The translations under genes were made by a program, and so were the position numbers. A stretch of 34,883 nt of DNA from positions 1-34,883 of the forward strand of contig JAUCBJ010005206.1 in assembly GCA_032718475.1 (NCBI GenBank), given 5' to 3'. The notes below the pieces were generated by a model. That model made no database searches. It was not told the DNA's origin and saw only the letters and a program-made list of their open reading frames with translations. Positions 1-8,151 of the stretch are shown here, piece by piece; positions within the stretch are counted from its first letter, which is position 1; every line of letters starts with the position of its first letter. The stretch is from Nemertoderma westbladi (Eukaryota; Animalia; Xenacoelomorpha).

Positions 1-1300
1 GGGATATTAATAAACGTATCCACGGCCCTTGGCTCCTCGAAAATATTCGAGTCTGTCCCGCTCTCAGACGCCCCTATCCACGCCAGTTCCAGTTCGCGCG
101 TGTGTCTAGTTTTGTACTCTATAAGCTCACTTTGGCGTTTCTCCAATTCTTTTAACTCACGCTCCTCTCTTGCCATTCTCTCCCGACACTCTCGTGCGTT
201 CTGGTCGGCCAACTCTACCACTCTCCTAGCTCCCTCCCTTCGCCTCGCCTCACGTTCCTTGCATTCCTTTTCCTCTCTCGCCTCACGCTCCTTACGTTCC
301 TTTTCCTCTATTTCCTCACACTCCCTAAGGCTTCTCGCGGCCCTTTCGGCCCTCTCTCCGGTTTCTCTAATCAGTTCCATCTCCTTCCCTGATAGCATTC
401 TCCCCTCCTCTAACCGTCTATTTACTTCTCTCTGACCTTGTGCTATCAGGTCGAGATGGTAAGTGGCATTTATCTCTCTCACCCGTCTTCCTTTCACAGA
501 GGATGTAGCAGACTTATCGGTTGGGACGGATTCCCTCCGCCTTCCCGTCCTACTAACTTTCCCCCTCCTCCCGGAACTACCTCCGACCAACGAGACCGAA
601 TCCTCGGGGTCAACCTCGGATTCGCCCTCCTCTGGTCTCCTCCAACCCACGAATTTTATACCCTGGGCATCGACTAAGTATGGCCCTATGTACACTACAC
701 CAGGCTGCATACCCCTACACTGCCATAAGTCACACAGTTCCTCGGCAACCCCTCTTGCTCTCTCCTTGGCCAGTTCTCTTTGTCCGAAACGCATTAAATA
801 ATTAAAGTGTCTATCCGACTCACCTAGTCCTTTTGTTAACTTTACCTCGTCTATCCTCGCCCCCTCTCTGGCCTCCTCAAATAGTCTCCGGGTCGCGTTG
901 TAGGCCCGTCGAAGTCGATCGGAAACCCCAACGTCCTCGTCGCCGACCTCTCCTCCATCTCTCCGGGTCCGACGTCGTACCGGCGGCCCCACCGTCGCCG
1001 TTCCGGTGGGCCGTCCATCGCCCTTGGCCTGTGGCGGGCCGGCGACATCGGTACGTCGACCGTCATCGTGTGTCGACTCGTCTCCTTCTCCATCCAACTC
1101 ACCCTCTCGATCTCTCAACTCGACTCTCCCTCCTCTCGACTCGACCTCTGGCTCCAGACGGCCCCCCTCATCCTGAACTGCCGGATGACCCGTTACCAAT
1201 GGGTCCGGCGTCGTGGGCCCATACCGTCTGGTCGCGGCCTCGCGGATCGTTAGATCATGTTTGGGGTCCGCGTTGGTGTCGTCTCTCCTGACTGACTCAT
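1..1300 (-). CDS. 5' part of a Gag-like polyprotein of a second LTR family (probably BEL/Pao); runs off the window edge; one frameshift near 1258
   Basis: Manual translation: ATG at 1300 (MSQSGETTPTRTP), then after a frameshift an open frame from ~1259 to base 1 with no stop (HDLTIREAATRRYGP...DVGVSDRLRRAYNATRRLFEEAREG...VYIGPYLVDAQGIKF...EVDPEDSVSLVGGSS...E/R/K coiled coil). It is absent from the ORF track because there is no stop in the window. It is clearly homologous to 34047-34655 and lies 70 bp inside a TG...CA LTR. The PxDSVS + Ser-rich + coiled-coil layout is typical of BEL/Pao Gag N-termini (recognition, not a search). Confidence 0.7.
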
Positions 1301-1370
1301 CTCTCTACTTTAGATTGGTGGCTGGTAGTCACTGTTTAGCTAACTAGGGCGGCAGCTCTGATTCAATCAC

Positions 1371-1888
1371 TGTGACGGGATCCAGGAAGGATCCCGGTTT
1401 ATCCGGTTTGTTGATCTACGCGTCCCCGCCGTGTGTGAAAGGTAAAAGAGTTTGCGTTGTTAAGATATATAAGTAGATATAGATAGTGACCGTAATATAG
1501 AGTTGTATATGGAAGGCGGGAGACGGTGATTGAAGTCCCGGTACTTCCCTAGCTAAACTAACCTAACTAACACCAATAACACACTGAGATAACTGAATAA
1601 CTGATTACTGGGTAACTGTAAATATATTGCACGGTTTGGCCTCGTTACAGTACCTAGTCGATGCTTCCCCCCCTGATTGGTTAATACCCCTGTTGGCGCC
1701 AGTTGGAGTGTTTCCGTTCACTCCATCTATTCTCTCTGTGTCAGGGGAGTAACCCCTGACCCTTATTGTGCGTTACTCCTTCCCACTTTGTTGGGGAGAC
1801 ACGAGTGGTTAATTACCCAATCTCGTGGCCCCCAATATTGCTTATCGGCTTACTTTGTGGGGTGTTAGCGGGATTGAATAAGCTAACA
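1371..1888 (-). mobile_element. 5' LTR (518 bp) of LTR family B
   Basis: The minus strand reads TGTTAGCTTATTCAATCCCGC...GGATCCCGTCACA. Both ends match the ends of 33277-33928, and the homologous ORF follows in both copies. Confidence 0.7.
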
Positions 1889-1897
1889 TACTCTATC

Positions 1898-1957
1898 TAA
1901 CCGGTGAGGCAGAAAAACAGCCTACAAACAGACAAAACTCACCAGAAAACAATCCCG
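1898..1957 (+). repeat. Dispersed repeat end, also at 34824-34882
   Basis: TAACCGGTGAGGCAGAAAA(A)CAG.CTAC.AAC.GACAAA...AATCCCG is shared with the last 60 bp of the window in the same orientation. Confidence 0.65.
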
Positions 1958-2127
1958 CGCAGCAAATCCTAAACTAATAATGCTGATGGTCCGGCTATGT
2001 CCGTAAACTTGCCACGGTGTGATTTATATGGGGGTGGGTTTGCTAGCTAAATACTAGCGAGCTATTCGGCAGACAAAAATCCAGTCTTATATATAATACA
2101 AAAGAAACAAAACAAGGTTCTAGAACA

Positions 2128-2500
2128 CGTGTGTGTGTGTGCGGGGGGTGTAGGTGTACGTGTGTAGGCACTGGTTAACGCTACATACTATGGACGTAAG
2201 TGCCATACAATACTCACGTTCTGGGGACCTTTCGCGAACTGGGGACGTCCCCAGAACGTTCTGACTGGAAATTCGAAATCTTCATTGCCAAATTAGTCTA
2301 AATATGAAATTTCACCGTATTTAGGCTCAGTCCCCACTTTGTTTGTGTTAAGCCACACTCGTATGTGTTCGGTGTGTATGGGGTGTAAATATAGATGTCC
2401 CCACTATAACAGTGATAAGTATACACACATTATCTACGTCATTTTGTGACGTCACAATGTCCCCAGTGAGCTTATTTTTTAATGACCCCGGTTTGTGGTT
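2128..2500. repeat. GT microsatellite followed by a GGGGAC/GTCCCC-motif-rich dispersed element (putative non-autonomous DNA element)
   Basis: (GT)n then ACTGGTT, then motifs at about 2223, 2241, 2247, 2330, 2397 and 2459, with the perfect palindrome CTGGGGACGTCCCCAG at 2239-2254. The same layout occurs at 16314-16790. Confidence 0.5.
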
Positions 2501-3137
2501 GAAATTAAGTATATTATGAGTTATGTTCAATTATTTATGGATTAGTTAGTCAGGTCTGTCTTTGAGACAATGCAGCTCAGGCAATCCCTAGATAATGTTT
2601 TTTTATTGTTTTTATACACTCGTGAATAATTGTAAAAGTTAATATTTCCTTATGTGTTACCTAAGCACCCCTTGTGATGCAACTTTCCTCAGTTACTATA
2701 ACAATGGATTTTCACTTAGTCGATAGTGCTAAACAATCCCGCATGCACTGTGCATACAAGCATGTAGAAATTTTTAATAATTTAATTAAAAAAAATTATT
2801 TTATTTAATATTTAATAATAATAATAAATAATTTTTAATAATTTACAAAAAAAAATTAATTAAAATAATTTAAATATTACGACAAATATCGTAATACGGC
2901 CACTGCTACTTTTTTTCTGCGGGGGCACTAATTAAATTCATGTTTAAAATAAATACAAATAAGGTGGAGCACAACGATATATGATATAACTCTTATCATT
3001 CAAATTACATTCACATCATTCAATTATATTAATTATATCATGAATTTTATACCTTTAATTTTTTAGACCCTTCTACGTACTGTAGTGGAAATAGACATTA
3101 TAATAATTTAACGAACACACATCCATTCTAAATAGTG

Positions 3138-3512
3138 TACTGTACCTTGCGCACATCTGGGGACATTGGTTTTTTAGTGCTGAGAGTATTATATTATGCC
3201 CTACGTTCTACTTGTAGGTAGTTGCAAAGGACGTTAAGTATATATAATAATATTAATAAATTACCGAGAACACACCGTTCCAAATACTGTCCCTTGCGCA
3301 CATCTGGGGACATTAGTTTTTTAGTGCTGAGAGTAATATATTATGCCCTACGTTCTACTTATGTAGGTAGTTGCAATGGACGTTAAGTATATATAATAAT
3401 ATTAATAAATTACCGAGAATACACCGTTCCAAATACTGTCCCTTGCGCACATCTGGGGACATTAGTTTTTGTAGTGCTGTGAGTATTATAATAGGCCCTA
3501 CGTATAGTTGCA
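3138..3512. repeat. Tandem repeat, ~148-bp unit, ~2.5 copies
   Basis: TACTGT(A/C)CCTTGCGCACATCTGGGGACATT... recurs at about 3138, 3285 and 3434 with near-identical bodies. Confidence 0.9.
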
Positions 3513-3519
3513 ATGAATG

Positions 3520-3860
3520 TTACTACTACTACCACTACTACTAGGTCGAGCGAACTCGGATAGTAAAAATGAGATCCTTCCAGGCTTCCCGATTCTCCAA
3601 CTACTACTAGGTCGAGCGAGCTCGGACAGTGGAAATGAGATCCTTCCAGGTTTCCCGATTCTCTATAGTTGCCGCAATTTTGTTTCTCCCAAGTTCAGTA
3701 TCCCTTTCAAGTTGATCTATATATGTTATGGCCGGTCGTCTACGACTACGCTTTCCATGAGTTGGTTGCCAGAGAAGTAGATCTGGTATGACCTCGTCTT
3801 TACTTCGCCAGCAGTGCCCACTGAATCTTAATCTGCGTTTACAGAGGGTGGTTGATACAG
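3520..3860 (-). mobile_element. 5'-truncated RTE-type LINE 3' end with (TAG)n tail and duplicated last 66 bp
   Basis: The minus strand translates to VSTTLCKRRLRFSGHCWRSKDEVIPDLLLWQPTHGKRSRRRPAITYIDQLERDT...ENRETWKDLISTVRARST***, homologous to the C-terminus of ORF 17275-17868 (LRFAGHCFRREDQPVHNLVLWQPHG...DRELWR). The stop runs straight into TAG repeats. It is missed by the ORF track because it has no start codon. Confidence 0.85.
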
Positions 3861-3885
3861 GTGTGTGTGGGGGTGAGGGGGTGTG

Positions 3886-5139
3886 TGTTCGCGCTTTTGA
3901 AGACCTTTAGCAGTTTAACCTGCCAAAATTTATATGTCTTTTAGTTTATAAATCGACTTTAGCCTATGACAAGTATTTGATACAAATAAACACGACATTA
4001 GCCGAAGCCAGCCTATGCGCGACCATTCACCCGTTGGATATACCCGGGAGGCTGGATTCGGAAGCTTTAGATCTTATTGCGGTGTAAGCCTACTGTATTA
4101 TTCGATTGATCGTTAATATATAATCTCTGACAAATATTATTCACTTTCGGGAAATATTAGCAGTTCCTTTAGGACGTGGCGCTCTATCTATGTAAACAGA
4201 GCTATGACTTATACTAAACACAACGGTATGGCTTAAGATTTACACTATAAGGCGCATTCTTTAGGAGATGCTTTGTTATCAGTCACAGCTCATGCACACA
4301 CGGTACCACACAATACTGCACACTGATCTGCCGACAGTTACTGAATTTGATCAAGCATAAAGAGAACAGCAATGGACTCATGTAGTATCTATGAAACAGC
4401 ATTAGATTCACTACAAACCACAATAATATAAGTCGCAATTGCTATATGTAACCGGTCTCTCTAACCTGTAGTGTATCAAGAAGATTGGGAAATTTGGGTT
4501 ATTTATCGATATTCTCCAAATAATAACATTCAACCAACTGATACAAATAATAACAAACAGTAAAATGCAGTAAGACGGTAGATTAAGATATGATATGATA
4601 GATGAGTTGAGACATGATCGACGTGATGATAACAGTTATACGTTCTTATAATCTAAGCCGTACTAATGTTTTGCTAAAGTCTGAAACCCAGAGTCATTCC
4701 AAAGCCGGTGTTCCTTGGCCTAGGGAAAACTCACACTGAACTCGCCTAGTACCGATCTGTAGAGTATCTCCACGGATAAAGTGAAAATCGCCCTGATTGG
4801 CTGTTAAGCTGAACAAAGAACCATGTGCCCAACGGCCGTTTCCATGCCAGCAACCAGCTGGTAGATGTCGTAATCTGAATCATCCAAGCTACACGGTGTG
4901 AGTGTACTGGGAACGGATTTGACGCATTGCGGGTTTTTGTGTCTTGTTATGTCCGCTCAAGCACACATACAGAAGAATGACTTTTATGTCCGTTAAAACA
5001 CCTACACGGTACTTTGCGGGCAAGGGGACTGATTATATCCGCAAAAGCCTTTGCAGTAGGTTTTAGAGTATTTGAGCGCATTGGGGGAAAACTGGATTGC
5101 GGAGCAAAGGGCCAGTTATATCCCACAAAAGCTTTTACA
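3886..5139 (-). repeat. 3' LTR (1254 bp)
   Basis: Direct repeat of 15057-16313. By eye there are roughly 20 substitutions and under a dozen small indels. Confidence 0.95.
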
Positions 5140-5147
5140 CCGCTCCC
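5140..5147 (-). promoter_or_regulatory. Polypurine tract (plus-strand primer)
   Basis: Minus strand GGGAGCGG immediately precedes the TGTAAAAGC start of the 3' LTR. Confidence 0.65.
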
Positions 5148-5217
5148 AGAAAATGGGATTTAAGTCTATAAAATATACGAAATCACAGTTTCTAACATAC
5201 AAAAATACTCTAAACAG

Positions 5218-6523
5218 TTAGTCTTTCTTGCGTGGACGGCGTTTACGCAGTTTTTTAAAGCTAGCAAGAGTCCTTTTCTCTTTGGGGCAAGCCACTTTAC
5301 AAGGAGGGCTATAACTCCTGGATGAAGGGTGCAATATGATTGCATCAGAAGGTGTAGGATTATAGTCGGGGTATCCGCCGTTTCGATATGCTTCTCCTCG
5401 AGCTGATTTTCCTCCGCTCATTGTCGGATACGTTCGTCTAAAACTCTTGCCGAGAATAGGGTTGTCCAAGTTAAATATCGTCTTAAAGATTCTGGATTTC
5501 CCAACCGAGCTGGGATAAAGCCAATCCGTTTACCGCTTGGACTTGCTGTTATAATTTAAGTCCATCTGAACAAACGCAGGCTTTCTCCCTGATTCTCGCA
5601 GAACAGCGTCCAACTCGTTTCGTACAACGCTCTCCTCCACCTTGATGACGGGTGCACGTGCCCCAATCCAGCCAGGTAAGATGGGCAGATATTTTAGGGA
5701 GCCCACAACCGGAGTGTCACCGACTAACGGTTCAGGTAACACTGGATCTCTGAACGGTAAATACAGTTCGTGAGGATCCGTGATACTATTAGGATCAAGA
5801 GTCCGAGGTCTAACTAAGGAATGAGGAGGTCTGACCGAGCATTCCGGAACTGAGATCATAGGTCTACTCAAGGATCGCCTGAGTCGAGAGAGCGTGGGTA
5901 ACACATCGAACAAGTTTCTCCCGAAACTCCCACAAACACAGCGAGCAAACCGTGTTTAAAGCAACGTCTCCGCTGGTGTTTATGTCTTTCCGTTTGTTGG
6001 TTGGTCTTGGGCCTTTATCGTAATAATACCAAGACACACGTCTTGTAGGGGAAACGCGGGTGACATCTATTTGGTGTTACAATGCTTCTCTCAAGAATTC
6101 TAAATATACGTTGGAGTTACCGCGTTTATCCGCTTCTTGAACGTCTTTTCTTTCGAGTCGATTTCGAATAGAAATTTCGCATTCGAATTTCAGTTTATTG
6201 TTACGACTCCGCTGGGTAGGATATTTGAATAGTACCATTTCCCTTTTGGTGTTGACCTAATCCGTATCATGTAAATCGATAGAATGTCCGTTAGTTAAGA
6301 AGTTCATATACGTACCATTGCGATGCTTATAGCGAGTGGTGAATTTTCTATAGTCCAATTCACGCGTAAGTTGCTCCTGGGACATAGGCGGTTGGATATA
6401 ACTACCATCGTCCTCCGTAGTAGTTGGATCAGCTTCACCGCGTATCAAGCTATCCATAAACGCTTGTAAAGGTAGAGTATATCTCTCTCTAATACCAAGA
6501 TCATCTTCTATCAATTCCGTCAT
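5218..6523 (-). pseudogene. Decayed extra ORF (~430 codons) of unknown function in the 3' (env-like) position of the LTR element
   Basis: ORF 6257-6523 reads on through two stops (VNTKREMVLFKYP...LEFLREAL*HQIDVTRVSPTRRVSWYYYDKGPR...VCSLCLWEF). One frameshift near 5920 joins 5530-5913, which is in frame with 5218-5469 across a single TAA (TDWLYPSSVGKSRIFKTIFNLDN). The ORF ends FKKLRKRRPRKKD about 80 bp before the LTR. Confidence 0.6.
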
Positions 6524-7337
6524 ATCTGCTATCTGAGTTTATTAATATTATATTGAGTCTATCTTTAGGCGAGCGGGCGTCGCTGCCTACCCCTCTCTGC
6601 CCCCGGACAGTGGGATCCTCAGCGCCGATGTACCGTCGTCGCAGTGTTTACGCCAACATGTAGCAACAGCACGACAACGGTAACCGGCACAAGTCACTCC
6701 ACTGTCCGTCCCAAAGGCTTGAATTCACTTAAGGTTTTACTGCAGAGTTAGGGTTACTTTCACAATTGCGACTCGCTACTGTAAACACACTTTAGTAGTA
6801 ACATTCACCTATAAACGCACAAATTCCACACAACTGTCATCAATTGTACACATACAGGCCATTTGTCCATTAGTCAGTGCCTTCCAGAATGTCACGTTAT
6901 TGTTACGTATCCTTGGATACTAACAGTGTGCTATATTCTCTATGCTATGCAATGGGGCAAGCCTTTTATTGTTCTTTTTAACTTGCTTCTAATTCTAGCG
7001 TGGGTGTTTCTATGGTGACATTATGGAAAGCTAGCGGTAGAATTAGGGTAATTCTCATGCATACAGATCTGGGATGCTATTTAATAGTAATTCTTTAATT
7101 GTCAATATCCTCTTTATGCATGATTTTATGAATTTTATCGGCTATTGACTATATGTTGGAGATTCTCGCACTCTAATACACTCAATAGGATGAATCTCCG
7201 CTCCCGTGATCTATTAATTAATGGGATTTTGGGAATATTATAAATTGCATAAAATGACAATTTATTAAATTCATTAAAGAATATGAATTTAAATTTATTC
7301 CCGTGAATTTTATTATTTGATGGTAAAATTGACACAA

Positions 7338-7597
7338 TTTTATTCCAGAGCATGTCTGGGGACCTAGGATCCTTAATTCTAGAAAATTGTCTTTTAAGAG
7401 TATCGGTAAGTGCTGCGATATCTTAATCGACTAGAAATTTTTAAAGGATCTGAATTTTACATATTTTAATAAATATTGAATTAATATTTAAGATGGGCAC
7501 CGATTTATTCCAGAACTTGTCTGGGGACGTTAACCACTGATTCTAGAATTTGTCTTTCAAGTATATCGGTGGGTGCCGCGATATCTTAATCGACTAG
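7338..7597. repeat. Diverged ~95-bp direct repeat, 166-bp spacing
   Basis: TTTATTCCAGA...GTCTGGGGAC...TTCTAGAA...TATCGGT...GCGATATCTTAATCGACTAGA at 7338-7435 and 7504-7597. Confidence 0.85.
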
Positions 7598-8151
7598 ACT
7601 TACAGATGGTCAAAAGGTTTAACAGATTTATTTGCGTTTACGCTACTGTTAGAGGGACATCACGCTACTATATGTATTATTTAATATAAGGTAGAAGAGC
7701 AATATCGCACGAAGCAATGTCAGTGTGAAGAGGCAAGTCGTTTCCAAGGTCTACCCAGAGCCTGGTTTAGCCGAGACACGAGGATCTGAACTTTGCATTC
7801 CTAATACTCTGCCTAACAATAATACTTAAATATAGTAGGAGCTTTATTGTACTTTAATAAGTACTGACATGTCATCTTACTATAGTCTCGTATATATAAT
7901 ATAATACGGAATACGGAATACGTAAGGAAAGAGAAAAGAAAATTATTTCTCGCCGTCACACTAAATATATTATATGTAATTACGTAATAAAAACTAATAT
8001 ATTGCACTAATCTACTAAATAATCTAAAATAACATTTTACTAAATAAAATTAAATAAAACGATTATAATAAAATACATAATAATCCATACATAAATATAA
8101 AATAATAAAAAAATATAAAATAATATAGTCACACACCCACACCATATGTTA

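Noticed and set aside
100-1291. Plus-strand ORFs rich in Ser/Leu/Pro
   Set aside because: They are antisense shadows of the long minus-strand ORF, which is the one conserved at 34047-34655.
3517-3780. 87-aa plus-strand ORF with an apparent signal peptide (MLLLLPLLLG)
   Set aside because: The Leu run is the (CTA)n complement of the RTE TAG tail; the real coding strand is minus.
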